From an uncultured Clostridia bacterium (GTDB lineage: Bacteria > CAYTYR01 > UBA6262), in NCBI GenBank assembly GCA_964441745.1, contig CAYTYR010000015.1, positions 1 to 58,409 on the forward strand: DNA of 58,409 nucleotides, given 5' to 3'. Positions 1 through 9,601 of the stretch are shown piece by piece. Positions within the stretch are counted from its first letter, which is position 1. Every line of letters begins with the position of its first letter. Made by a program: the position numbers and the translations under genes. The notes under the pieces were generated by a model. The model ran no database searches. It was given only the letters and a program-made list of their open reading frames with translations, and was not told the origin of the DNA.

Positions 1-63
1 GACAATAACGATTAACAGTTCTACCAGGGTAAAGCCCTTCCGGTTTCTCAGTTTATTTAACAT
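1..63 (-). CDS. Type IV pilin / GspG-like prepilin, 5' end only (runs off the window edge)
   Basis: Manual translation gives MLNKLRNRKG|FTLVELLIVIV, a class III signal peptide. SD GGAGGTG at ~72-78. Confidence 0.9.
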   Translation of the reverse strand, partial: MLNKLRNRKGFTLVELLIVIV

Positions 64-108
64 CTTGTTTCACCTCCCTTCTTTTTAGTTTTAACTTCAG
101 GCCTGCTT

Positions 109-606
109 TTACCAAAGATTATACTCTACACCCCAGCTGGTATCAATCGGTTCGCCAGAAGTGGTATCAGTAGAATAATAGTTAGCGCATATTCTTCCGG
201 TTTGGGAATCATACGCCCAACCGCCGCCGCCAGTAATCTTACCATCACGGTCCAAAGCTTCTTCAGTCGGGTCAAGCACGTCGGTCGTAGCCACCACAAC
301 TTTACTCTTATAAAACGGATCCACCGGTATTCTTTCCAGGAACGTCTTGCTGTCTACGTCACTATTGGTTCCCTTCCAGAGATCATCCAGAGCTTCAGGA
401 TAGTTATTGCTCTTGGAATTTGCTTTATAAATTTCCAGAGAAGAACGGATAGTCCGGAGGTTACCCTTCAAACTGGCTTCCTTAGTTTCTTTAGTAGCCC
501 CGGCAAATCTGGCAATAACGATAGCGGCTAAAATACCTAAAATGACGATAACGATTAATAATTCTACCAGGGTAAAACCTTTGCTATTCTTGATCTTATT
601 TAACAT
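109..606 (-). CDS. Type IV pilin / GspG-like pseudopilin
   Basis: KG|FTLVELLIVIVILGILAAI N-methylation motif, IPVDPF and GGGGWAY motifs. SD GGAGGTG upstream. Confidence 0.92.
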   Translation of the reverse strand: MLNKIKNSKGFTLVELLIVIVILGILAAIVIARFAGATKETKEASLKGNLRTIRSSLEIYKANSKSNNYPEALDDLWKGTNSDVDSKTFLERIPVDPFYKSKVVVATTDVLDPTEEALDRDGKITGGGGWAYDSQTGRICANYYSTDTTSGEPIDTSWGVEYNLW

Positions 607-788
607 ATAGTTTCACCTCCTTTTAATTGTAGATTTATAGACTTTACTGTGTAATTATAGCACAGGCCTTGATTTTTTGGCAAGCAAATAAAATAAAAAA
701 AGCGGCCATCTTGAAGATCAATGATCTCTATCGCCGAAGCGCCTACATTGGTCTTTTTTATTAGCCGCTGCCAAAATCCTGCAAACAT
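600..788 (-). pseudogene. Possible truncated prepilin remnant or leader ORF
   Basis: Strong SD AAGGAGG then MFAGFWQRLIKKTNVG|ASAIEII. The G-x4-E prepilin-like motif has no hydrophobic helix after it, and the ORF runs through a stem plus T-tract. Confidence 0.4.
654..683 (-). promoter_or_regulatory. Sigma70-type promoter for pilin 109..606
   Basis: TTGCCA (683-678), 18 nt spacer, extended -10 TG-C-TATAAT (659-654). Confidence 0.6.
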
Positions 789-894
789 AACATCCTCCTT
801 AAACTGCTCTATTCTGTTGTCAAAGATATCCATCTTATCTTGACTAATTGCTAGATAGTCTTCACTTAATCAATATCAAGTATAAAGAACAATC

Positions 895-1371
895 TTACCA
901 AACAGTGTAGACATCGCCCCAAGAAGTATCCTTCGGCAAACCGGCTGGATCATCACTGGGTATGTCCACGTACACCTGACCTGTAGCGTTGGAATAAACC
1001 CAGCCGCCAACACCGGCAGCTTGTAAATCCTCATACTCTGTGCTTTTCTTATAGAAAGGATCCTGGGGAATTTTCCTGATGTAGCCCTCACTGACCAGGG
1101 CTTGCAGATTGACCGGATAACTATCGCTGGCGGAACGAGCCCGGTAAATCTCGATCTGGCTCCGTAAACCGCTGAGGTTGGCTTTGAGGCTGGTTTCTTT
1201 AGCCTCTTTCGTCGCGCCGGTAAATCTGGAAATGACTATTGCCGACAAGATGCCTAATATTACTATGACAATCAAAAGTTCTACCAAGGTAAAGCCCTTA
1301 TATTGTACCTTAATGGCTTTCCTTAGCAGTCTTTTGATGCGCTTATTAAATTTCCGGGTACGGCGTTTCAT
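895..1371 (-). CDS. Type IV pilin / GspG-like pseudopilin with a long basic leader
   Basis: KG|FTLVELLIVIVILGIL and IPQDPF motifs; paralogous to 109..606. ATG at 1371 follows SD GGAGG (alternative GTG start at 1383). Confidence 0.9.
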   Translation of the reverse strand: MKRRTRKFNKRIKRLLRKAIKVQYKGFTLVELLIVIVILGILSAIVISRFTGATKEAKETSLKANLSGLRSQIEIYRARSASDSYPVNLQALVSEGYIRKIPQDPFYKKSTEYEDLQAAGVGGWVYSNATGQVYVDIPSDDPAGLPKDTSWGDVYTVW

Positions 1372-1404
1372 TTTACCCTCCACTCCGTACCACCCCCCAA
1401 TATA

Positions 1405-1433
1405 AATATAAAGCGGAATAGGCCTTTTGTCAA
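1405..1433 (-). promoter_or_regulatory. Sigma70-type promoter
   Basis: TTGACA (1433-1428), 17 nt spacer, TATATT (1410-1405). Confidence 0.6.
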
Positions 1434-1560
1434 GCGGTTTCGGGAACGAATTTTGTGGTTTTTCGTCTATATTTTAGCGCAAGTTTCTCGCATTATTTTT
1501 ACTTTTTTTTGAGCTTGAATTCATTTAGAATTTCGAATTTATAATTTAGAATTTGTCTTT

Positions 1561-2781
1561 TTACACTCCAACCCGCGCTACTTTGATCATGTCATACATC
1601 GGCAAAATCATGGCCATGGCAATAAATCCGACTAAAACACCCATGACCAGGATCATCACCGGCTCCAGGATACTGGACATGTTTCTGATCAGGTTGTCCA
1701 CTTCCCGCTCATAAAAATCAGCTATTTTGACCAATATCTTCTCGATCGTCCCCGTAGCCTCGCCGACCGGTATCATGTTCGCGATCATCGCCGGAATCAG
1801 CGGATTTTTGGAGAATGGGGTAGCCATATCCCCTCCCTGCTTGACTGATTCAATGACATCGTCAAAGACCGCGGCCATGCAGACATTGCCGACAATATCC
1901 CGGGAGATATGCAAAGCCTCAAGAATAGGCACCCCGGAATTCAGCATCACGCCAAAAGTCCGGGTAAAACGAGTCAGGATCATCTTGTGCTGCAAAGCCC
2001 CAAAAATAGGCATTTTTAGCATGAACATATCAATTGCATACTTGCCTTTCTTGGTTTTTTTGATCTTACCATAAGTAATATAGCCAATTATTCCAACCGC
2101 AATGATAATATAATATCTTTCCTTAATCAGATCGCTGATCTCCATCAAAATCCTGGTTGGCCCAGGCAGTTCCACTCCGGAAGAGGCAAAAATACTCGTA
2201 AAAGTTGGCAACACAAAGACGACCAGGACCGTAACCGCGATCGTACTGACAATACTCAGGATGAAGGGATACATCAGCGCGGCTTTGAGGCGGCCTCGGA
2301 TCTCATCGTCCCGCTCAATGAAATTAGCCCATTGGATCAGGATCTTATCCATTTCCCCGCCGCTTTCACCTACTTTGATCATACTGATAAAAAGGTTATC
2401 AAAGACAGCGGGATGACGGGCAACAGCCCAGGACAGGGAATTACCATGGCTGATATCCTTGGCTACCTGGGAGATTACTCTTTTGAATTTTGGATTCTGG
2501 GTTTGGTTAGCTAGCACATCAAGGCATTTCGTCAAAGCCAAACCGGCGCCGATCATCGTCGATAATTGCTGGCTGAAAATTCCTTTGTCTTTGGTGGTGA
2601 TCTTGATGAACATTTCGTTCAGGTTTACATTCAGTCCGCCTTTTTTTTGCGCGGCTAATTTCTGGACAAAAAGACCCTGCTTTTTCAAGGCAATGCTCGC
2701 CAATACCTGATTAGGAGCATCAATAGAACCTTTTATTTTTTTGCCGCTCTTATCAAAAGCCAGGTAGGTGAATATAGCCAT
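1561..2781 (-). CDS. pilC: Type IV pilus / T2SS inner-membrane platform protein (PilC/GspF)
   Basis: QLSTMIGAGL, GESGGEMD, AALMYP and EPVMILVMG motifs; two T2SSF repeats; 406 aa. Confidence 0.95.
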   Translation of the reverse strand: MAIFTYLAFDKSGKKIKGSIDAPNQVLASIALKKQGLFVQKLAAQKKGGLNVNLNEMFIKITTKDKGIFSQQLSTMIGAGLALTKCLDVLANQTQNPKFKRVISQVAKDISHGNSLSWAVARHPAVFDNLFISMIKVGESGGEMDKILIQWANFIERDDEIRGRLKAALMYPFILSIVSTIAVTVLVVFVLPTFTSIFASSGVELPGPTRILMEISDLIKERYYIIIAVGIIGYITYGKIKKTKKGKYAIDMFMLKMPIFGALQHKMILTRFTRTFGVMLNSGVPILEALHISRDIVGNVCMAAVFDDVIESVKQGGDMATPFSKNPLIPAMIANMIPVGEATGTIEKILVKIADFYEREVDNLIRNMSSILEPVMILVMGVLVGFIAMAMILPMYDMIKVARVGV

Positions 2782-2792
2782 GGGCTAGTGTC

Positions 2793-4475
2793 CTATCTTC
2801 CTGCCGCGATCGGCTTCAGACTTTCTTCTTCCAGTACTTCCACAAAAGCATTGACTACCTGCGGGTCAAATTGGGAACCAGCAGATTTTTTTAATTGCTC
2901 CAGCGCTACATCTTTAGGCAATCCCTTGTGATACGGACGGTCACTGGTCATGGCTTCAAATGAATCAGCCACACTTAAGATCCTGGCCCCGATCGGGATC
3001 TCATCACGCTGCAGCCCGTCCAGGTATCCTTTGCCATCATACCGCTCATGATGATGATAGACAATGGGTATAACGTCCTGCAAGCTCTTGATCGGCTTCA
3101 GGATCTGCGCCCCCATAAAAGGATGGTTCTTAATATGGGAATATTCATCGGCGGTCAGTTTCTTGACTTTTTTAAGAATGTTCTCTTTGATGCCGATCTT
3201 GCCGATATCATGCAAGCTGGCGGCATACCGGACAATTTCAATTATTTCAGCCGGCAACGCCAGTTTCTGCGCGATGGAGACTGCATATTTTGTAGTTTGC
3301 TCGGAATGACCGCGCGTATAAGGGTCCCGCGCTTCAATAGCATTCACTAAAGAGCGGATAATTTCGAGATAAGCTTCCCGGCTCTCTTCATAGTTCACCA
3401 CCGTCTGCAAAAAAAGCGCGATCTGGTTGGCCAGGGTATAAAGCAGATGTTCATCCTCGGCGCTGAATACCTGCTGGCTTACCCGGTCTTTCCATCCGTT
3501 ATAGTTTATTACTTCAATAATCCCCAGGTTTTTCTCTCCGAGATTGATCGGCGCCAGCAATATCGCCTTAAAAGCGATCGCCTTACTGCTATTTTTCACC
3601 AACTGATTGTATTTATCTTTAAAACGGGGATCACCGGCCGGATCAACCAGCCGGACCGGCTTACTTTCTACCGCCGTCCAGCCTACTAATCCTTCGCCTT
3701 TTTTAAAACTAAGCCGGTTAATAAAGTTAGGCTCATAACCTGCGCCATGTTTCAACACTAACGCCCCCAAATCCTCCTGCCAAAGGTACAATCCACAGAT
3801 CTGGACTTTCCAGATCTTGGCAATTTCTTCAGGGATAGCCTTTAAGACCTGTTCCCGGTCAATATTAGAGCCCATCTTCTGGGCAATCTGGGGAAAGATG
3901 GACAATTTGCTATTTTTGCCAACTTGCTGCGTTAAGCTTTCCTCCAGGGAAAGTATTTGTTTTTTGCCGGTCTCTGTATCCAGTAATTGCTGCTGCAGTA
4001 AAGTTTCTTTTTCGGCCAGGATGTTTTGGAGTTTCTGCGTTTCTTTTTTGAATTTAGCTTCAATTTTCGGCAAGAGCAGGAAGGTGATCCAGAAACCTAA
4101 TCCCACAAGCTGGGCCATCCGCCCGAACCAAATAAGAAAATCACTGCTGGTTAGCAGCATACTTTCCCCGGCTAACAATCCAAAGCTGGCAATGGTCAAT
4201 CCCGCGGCCGATAAAGACTGGCTCTTCAGGGAAATAACAATATTACCCGCAACCACGACAGCGATAATACCTAAGCTGACATATTTCAGGCTGTCGATCA
4301 CCAGGAAAAAGGAAATCCCCTGCGCCAGTCCCCATAATACCAGCAAGCTATTGCCGACTAGGCTCCACACATTCATCAAACCCTTGGCATAATTACGGTA
4401 CCCGACGATCAGGCTGCCAATAGTCAGCAACAGAACCGCTATTTCCCAGACTAAAAAAATAGGTTTATCCACCAT
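2793..4475 (-). CDS. Membrane-anchored GAF + HD-GYP c-di-GMP phosphodiesterase
   Basis: About 5 N-terminal TM helices, a coiled coil and a GAF domain, then RDPYTRGHS, LHDIGKIG, HHHERYDGKGY, DSFEAMTSDRPY and GSQFDP. ATG at 4475 follows AGGAG. Confidence 0.92.
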   Translation of the reverse strand: MVDKPIFLVWEIAVLLLTIGSLIVGYRNYAKGLMNVWSLVGNSLLVLWGLAQGISFFLVIDSLKYVSLGIIAVVVAGNIVISLKSQSLSAAGLTIASFGLLAGESMLLTSSDFLIWFGRMAQLVGLGFWITFLLLPKIEAKFKKETQKLQNILAEKETLLQQQLLDTETGKKQILSLEESLTQQVGKNSKLSIFPQIAQKMGSNIDREQVLKAIPEEIAKIWKVQICGLYLWQEDLGALVLKHGAGYEPNFINRLSFKKGEGLVGWTAVESKPVRLVDPAGDPRFKDKYNQLVKNSSKAIAFKAILLAPINLGEKNLGIIEVINYNGWKDRVSQQVFSAEDEHLLYTLANQIALFLQTVVNYEESREAYLEIIRSLVNAIEARDPYTRGHSEQTTKYAVSIAQKLALPAEIIEIVRYAASLHDIGKIGIKENILKKVKKLTADEYSHIKNHPFMGAQILKPIKSLQDVIPIVYHHHERYDGKGYLDGLQRDEIPIGARILSVADSFEAMTSDRPYHKGLPKDVALEQLKKSAGSQFDPQVVNAFVEVLEEESLKPIAAGR

Positions 4476-4486
4476 TACCAACTCCT

Positions 4487-4562
4487 GCTTATGGCATATG
4501 GCTTATGGCAGAAGCATTGTTACTGCGTTTTTGCTATTTGCTATACGCCATACGCTATATGC
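4487..4562. repeat. Heptamer-built imperfect palindrome
   Basis: GC(T/A)TATG x3, a spacer, then (T/C)GC(T/C)AT(A/T) x4. The two arms are complementary. Confidence 0.75.
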
Positions 4563-4567
4563 GAATT

Positions 4568-6268
4568 CTATTCTTGTTCTGTCACTACCCGGACCACTTC
4601 TTCGATACTGGTGATACCTTTTTTTACTTTATCCAAGCCGTCTTCCTTCAAGGTAATCATGCCGCCTTCAACCGCCGCCTGTTTTAAAGTTTCGGTGGAA
4701 GGACGCGTCATGATCAAATCACGGATCCGGCGGTCGCTCATCATCATTTCATAGATGCCGAGACGTCCTTTGTAGCCGATCTTTTGGCATTCTTTACAAC
4801 CGACCGGTTTATAGAAAGTATATTCCTGGCTGGGATCAAAACCAAACCGTTCCAGGACTTCTTTGGATGGCGTATATGGTTCTTTACACGTCGGACAAAG
4901 CTTACGCACAAGACGCTGCGCCAATATGCCCAAAATACCGGAAGAGATCAGGAATGGTTCGATGCCCATATCCAGCAGCCTGGTGACGGCGCCAGGCGCA
5001 TCATTGGTATGGATGGTGGAAAACACCAAGTGACCGGTCAGGGCGGAACGGATAGCGATATCCGCCGTATCCTTATCACGGATCTCGCCGACCATGATGA
5101 CATTAGGATCCTGCCGCAATACCGAACGCAATACATCGCTGAAATTGAGCCCGATCCGGGCATTGACCTGCACCTGGTTGACCATTTTCAGTTCGTACTC
5201 AACCGGGTCTTCGATCGTAATAATATTTTTATCTAAAGTATTTATCTTATCAAGGGCAGCGTACAGAGAGGTGGTCTTGCCGCTGCCGGTAGGCCCGGTA
5301 ACCAGGACAATGCCATACGGTTTTTTGATCAGTGAGTCGAATTGTTCCAGCACGGTTGGCTGGAATCCCAATTGTCCTAAACCGAACAAGAAAGAGGTCT
5401 TATCCAGGATTCTCATGACGATCTTTTCACCGTTGATCGTCGGCAGGGTGGATACACGGAAGTCAATACCCTTGTCCCACAGGCGCACATGGAAACGTCC
5501 GTCCTGAGGCATGCGTTTTTCCGCAATATCCAGGTCAGCCATGACTTTAATTCTGGAGGTGATCACTGAATGCAGGCGTTTCGGCGGGGTCATAATTTCG
5601 CGCAAAACACCGTCAATACGGTAGCGGATACGCACAATATTGCGGTCCGGTTCAATATGGATATCACTAGCCCTGTTTTGGATGGCTTGCATGATAATAG
5701 CGTTAACCAGTTTAATGACCGGCCCGTCTTCTGCGGCATCACCCATTTTACCCAGGTCCATCTCTTCAGTCCCGGTTTCTTCTTCCACTTCCACATTCTG
5801 GTCCTGGGTGATTTGCTGGATGGCTTCCAGGGAACGGTAATATTGATCAATAGCCTTGAGGATTTCTACTTCCGTGGCAATGGCAGGCTCAATTTCACAT
5901 TTGGTGATATACTTAAGATTATCGATAGCCATGACGTCAAAAGGATCGGCCATGGCTACGGTGAGGACGTTTTCAATCTTAAAGAGGGGAATAGCCTGGT
6001 ACTTGCGGGCCATTTTTTCCGGTATCAGCCTGATGACTTCAGGATCAACAATATAGGTCCCCATATTGATATGGGGTATGCCCAACTGCTGGCCCAGGAA
6101 ATCCATCAGTTTTTCTTCGTCGATAAAACCTAATTTTACCAGCGTTTTACCAAGCCGTTCGCCGGTGCGTTTTTGGGCTTCGAGGGCTTCCTGCAGCTGG
6201 CGCTCATTGATCACGGCAGAATCGATTAACATCTCTCCTAATCGCTTCTTACTTGTCTTATCTGGCAT
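4568..6268 (-). CDS. pilB: Type IV pilus assembly ATPase PilB/GspE with N-terminal MshEN domain
   Basis: Walker A GPTGSGKTT, ASDIHIEP, LRQDPNVIMVGEIRD, TGHLVFSTIHTND and a tetracysteine motif. N-terminal RLGEML...RLGKTL. Confidence 0.96.
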   Translation of the reverse strand: MPDKTSKKRLGEMLIDSAVINERQLQEALEAQKRTGERLGKTLVKLGFIDEEKLMDFLGQQLGIPHINMGTYIVDPEVIRLIPEKMARKYQAIPLFKIENVLTVAMADPFDVMAIDNLKYITKCEIEPAIATEVEILKAIDQYYRSLEAIQQITQDQNVEVEEETGTEEMDLGKMGDAAEDGPVIKLVNAIIMQAIQNRASDIHIEPDRNIVRIRYRIDGVLREIMTPPKRLHSVITSRIKVMADLDIAEKRMPQDGRFHVRLWDKGIDFRVSTLPTINGEKIVMRILDKTSFLFGLGQLGFQPTVLEQFDSLIKKPYGIVLVTGPTGSGKTTSLYAALDKINTLDKNIITIEDPVEYELKMVNQVQVNARIGLNFSDVLRSVLRQDPNVIMVGEIRDKDTADIAIRSALTGHLVFSTIHTNDAPGAVTRLLDMGIEPFLISSGILGILAQRLVRKLCPTCKEPYTPSKEVLERFGFDPSQEYTFYKPVGCKECQKIGYKGRLGIYEMMMSDRRIRDLIMTRPSTETLKQAAVEGGMITLKEDGLDKVKKGITSIEEVVRVVTEQE

Positions 6269-6305
6269 CTACACTCCTAAAAGCTTACCTTGACCGGATT
6301 AATTG

Positions 6306-6335
6306 ATTATATAAGTTATTCTCCTGTCTTGTCAA
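6306..6335 (-). promoter_or_regulatory. Sigma70-type promoter of the pilB operon
   Basis: TTGACA (6335-6330), 18 nt spacer, TATAAT (6311-6306). Confidence 0.7.
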
Positions 6336-6376
6336 TGAATAAATAAACCGCTTTTTACACGTCCCGATCAAGAGAA

Positions 6377-7463
6377 TTACCAGTCCAGGATAATACTTGT
6401 TTGCGTGTCTGCTTCACGGTATCTGGGGAAAACCGTCAGCTTATTATATCCGCCCTGCTTTAAGACCCACCTGAATTCCTGCCCGCAAGACGATATCTTA
6501 TCATCGGTTAAAACAGTGAAATCCTTTCCTGCTCCGGCCAGAGCATGAAACTCCAAGGTAACCAATCCTTTACGCTGATCAATGTTTTTTACTTTAATAA
6601 CCGTTATGTCCGGCGCCCAATTAAATAACTTTTCATCAGCATATGGTCCAGCCGGGGCATACTTCAGGATAAAATCATCCCAGGTCGGCTTCGGGCAGAT
6701 TTCCGCGCCTGGCTGGCTGTTTTCCACAACAAAATAAACCAAAGGAGGATCAGTTAATTGATTATTGCGGAACACTACGCCAAATCTATGATAGAGTTCA
6801 AGATCATTTTTCGTTACTGATTTTTTGCCATCAGGGTAAACCGCTTTACAGTCAGCGACATCATCATTCTGGTACGCCTGATGCAGTTCGTAAACGCCTA
6901 AAGGGACCCCGTCCCGTTCATAGTAAAGATCAAAAAACGGATCAACTACTACCCATTTTTTATAATCCCGTGACCAGATTTCGGTGAGGAAATGGCTGTT
7001 CATCTTTGGACTGCGCAGATCAATGTATCTGACGGTAATCCCCAATCCGGTTAAGATTTGAGCAAAAACGACTCCATGCTGTCCGCACAGGGCGCGCATT
7101 TTATTGCCCCGGACCAGGTCCAAAATCTCCGTAGCCTTCCAGTATTATCCCGGGAGCTTCGTTTCCTGCCTTTTTTAACTGTTCCTGAACCCATTTTTTT
7201 ACCAACAGTACCTGTTCAAACTCGGTCTCAGCGCCCTTTACCAATCCTTTTAGATTCTCTCTCTCGATCAGCTTGGCCAGCTCCGGATTATTAAAATCTT
7301 CAAAAACAAAACACCAGGAAGGAGTAACAAATTTGTATGTTCTGATTTCCCTGACCCTGATCTGCTCCTGATGTGCCTGCGCCTTAACCGATACATATAG
7401 TCCAAGGCCCAATAATAAAGCCATCAGCAAAGCTATCATCGTAATAGTTATTCGCTTGCTCAT
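6377..7463 (-). pseudogene. Transglutaminase-like membrane-anchored protein split by a frameshift near 7145
   Basis: ORF 7101..7463 (TM anchor plus N-domain) overlaps out of frame with ORF 6377..7123, which carries a Cys-His-Asp triad (ALCGQHG, HFLTEIW, WVVVDP). The downstream frame extends upstream as YWKATEILD to a TAA at 7145-7147. Confidence 0.75.
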
Positions 7464-7504
7464 CGACTCTACCTGCCTAACCATAAAGTTCCGAACTTGC
7501 TTCT

Positions 7505-9601
7505 TTAGTAATAGGGCACTAGATACCCGTTACGCCAGAAACTGTTTTTATCCAGGGACATCCTTTGGAATAACTGCTTTTGTAAAGCTGCCACCACTTT
7601 GGGATTTTGAGCGGCGATATTGTTTCTTTCCTGCGGATCAGTATACGTATCGTATAATTCGTACAGGATCCCCTGCCGGGTCGGGATATAGATCAGTTTA
7701 TAGCGCTCATTGCGGATCATGCGGTGCTTGGCGATGGTGGTCAAAGCGCGATATTCCGGTTTGATCACTACTTCGTTATTATAGGTACTGTCAATTTCTC
7801 CCAGGCTAATAATATCAGGATACATTATTCTCTGCTGCTGATAGAAATTATCACCTTTATCCGTGAACCATAAGCCGGTTTCCGCATATGCCGTCAAGTT
7901 CAGGGTGCTGGCGGCTCCCCTGGCCAGGGGTAACAGGCTCACTCCTTCCATGGTCTGAGGGACTGGAATATGCAACAGGTCCAGGATAGTCGGAGCAATG
8001 TCTATATCCCGGACGATACTGTCTTGCTCCCGTACCGGGAAATCTTCCCGGGGCTTCTTAATGATTAGCGGCACGTTTAATACTGCCCGGCCGCGCAGAT
8101 GCTCCCCATGGCCCTGCCCCCATCCATGCTCATATAATTGTTCCCCATGATCACTAAGAACAATGATGATCGTATCCTGGGACAGCTTATTTTTCTCCAG
8201 GTAGAATATTAACCTGCCAGCCATGTCATCCAGGCTGCGCACAGCGCCTTGGTATAAACTCCTGATCTGGTCCAGGTCGGCCGGAGGTAAGGCCAGGCTT
8301 TCTCCGGGAATATTCGGCTTGTAATATTTGTAATGGCCGTGATATTTCGGATCAGTGAACATGGTATAGTACGGATAGGGCGCAGCATACGGGAAATGGG
8401 TTACTGAAGAGAATAAAACTAGGAAAAATTTCTGCTTCCCTTTGAAGCCGGAAATAATTTTTTCAGCTTCCTGTTCCAATAATAGCGGGTCGGCATTATT
8501 AGCCATTTCTTTTAAGACCGGGAACACTGACCGGCCAGTCTGGTTCAAAATATAGGGCAGCAGCAAATAATGCATTTCCAGGCTACGTTGTTCGATCAGG
8601 GTGTTAAAATTAAAATACGGCGTTTTTACAATATCAAAACCAGCTTGGAAACGGGAAAAAACATCGCCGGCAAAATCACTGACCACCGCTGTGCGGTAGC
8701 CATGTTCTTTTAGCACCGTGCACAGGGATCCTTGATCCTGCTGGCGCAAACTTTTGTCCGGGAACATGTGACGCACCCCATGCTCGCCGGGATACTGGCT
8801 TTTCAGGTACGTGATCCATTGTGGAAATGTCCGCGGCAGGGATACATAGCATTGCTGGAACCGCGTCCCTCTCTGCGCCAGAGTGATCAGATTAGGCGTT
8901 AGATCAGCGTTAACATGATCATTGCGCAGGCTATCGGCGCTGATAATGATCAGATTCGGGCCAACTGGATTTTGGCGGTATGTTTTTTGGGTCAAAGACA
9001 TCAATCCCCAGAAAACAAGAACAGAACCAGTAAGGGATACTACTATTACCCGTACCAACCAGGACCATCTCTTAAAAAGGAACACCAAAAAAAGCAAAAG
9101 TAAAAACCAGATTATGATGTTAAAATAGATAGGCTGCAGATGAGTTGTCACCCATTCCTGAAGCGCCTGCCGCCAGCCCGATCGCTCATGAAAATACTCG
9201 CTATACATCTGAGGATATTTCAGCATACTGGCTAATAAGAGAAAAACTTCGGTCGCGGCCAGGGAAAGAATCATGACTGGAAGTTTTCCGCGCAGGCGCA
9301 TCAACCAGAACCTGGCTCCAAGTATTGCCGACCAGAAATAGTACCAGGCCAGCCCGAACAGGAAACCAACAAGCATATAAACTCCCAGGATCTTGGCCTG
9401 GATCAGCAGGATATCCTGCCAGAAAAGCTTCTTGATCATATCTACAGCCGGCTGGGCAGTTACTCCCATATAGGAAAAAAGCTGCTGGTCAGCCAGGGAT
9501 AGGATAAAAAATCCGGCATATACTAACGCCCCTATGCCACTCCATAGAAGAAAGTTTTTCTGCTTGACTACCTTAGTTAATTTAACTACAATGGAATTCA
9601 T
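7505..9601 (-). CDS. Membrane-bound sulfatase-fold (alkaline phosphatase superfamily) hydrolase/transferase
   Basis: About 5 TM helices, then NLIIISADSLR, PRTFPQW, HFPY, LSDHGE and GHGEHL. Confidence 0.88.
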   Translation of the reverse strand: MNSIVVKLTKVVKQKNFLLWSGIGALVYAGFFILSLADQQLFSYMGVTAQPAVDMIKKLFWQDILLIQAKILGVYMLVGFLFGLAWYYFWSAILGARFWLMRLRGKLPVMILSLAATEVFLLLASMLKYPQMYSEYFHERSGWRQALQEWVTTHLQPIYFNIIIWFLLLLFLVFLFKRWSWLVRVIVVSLTGSVLVFWGLMSLTQKTYRQNPVGPNLIIISADSLRNDHVNADLTPNLITLAQRGTRFQQCYVSLPRTFPQWITYLKSQYPGEHGVRHMFPDKSLRQQDQGSLCTVLKEHGYRTAVVSDFAGDVFSRFQAGFDIVKTPYFNFNTLIEQRSLEMHYLLLPYILNQTGRSVFPVLKEMANNADPLLLEQEAEKIISGFKGKQKFFLVLFSSVTHFPYAAPYPYYTMFTDPKYHGHYKYYKPNIPGESLALPPADLDQIRSLYQGAVRSLDDMAGRLIFYLEKNKLSQDTIIIVLSDHGEQLYEHGWGQGHGEHLRGRAVLNVPLIIKKPREDFPVREQDSIVRDIDIAPTILDLLHIPVPQTMEGVSLLPLARGAASTLNLTAYAETGLWFTDKGDNFYQQQRIMYPDIISLGEIDSTYNNEVVIKPEYRALTTIAKHRMIRNERYKLIYIPTRQGILYELYDTYTDPQERNNIAAQNPKVVAALQKQLFQRMSLDKNSFWRNGYLVPYY

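Noticed and set aside
690-890. Possible c-di-GMP-I riboswitch upstream of pilins
   Set aside because: The GGCAAA...GAAA...GACGCAAA core is not present on the coding strand.
1-1371. Pilin paralogues as antigenic-variation cassettes or DGR targets
   Set aside because: Each gene has its own start and SD, similarity is confined to normally conserved regions, and no recombinase or reverse transcriptase is in the window.
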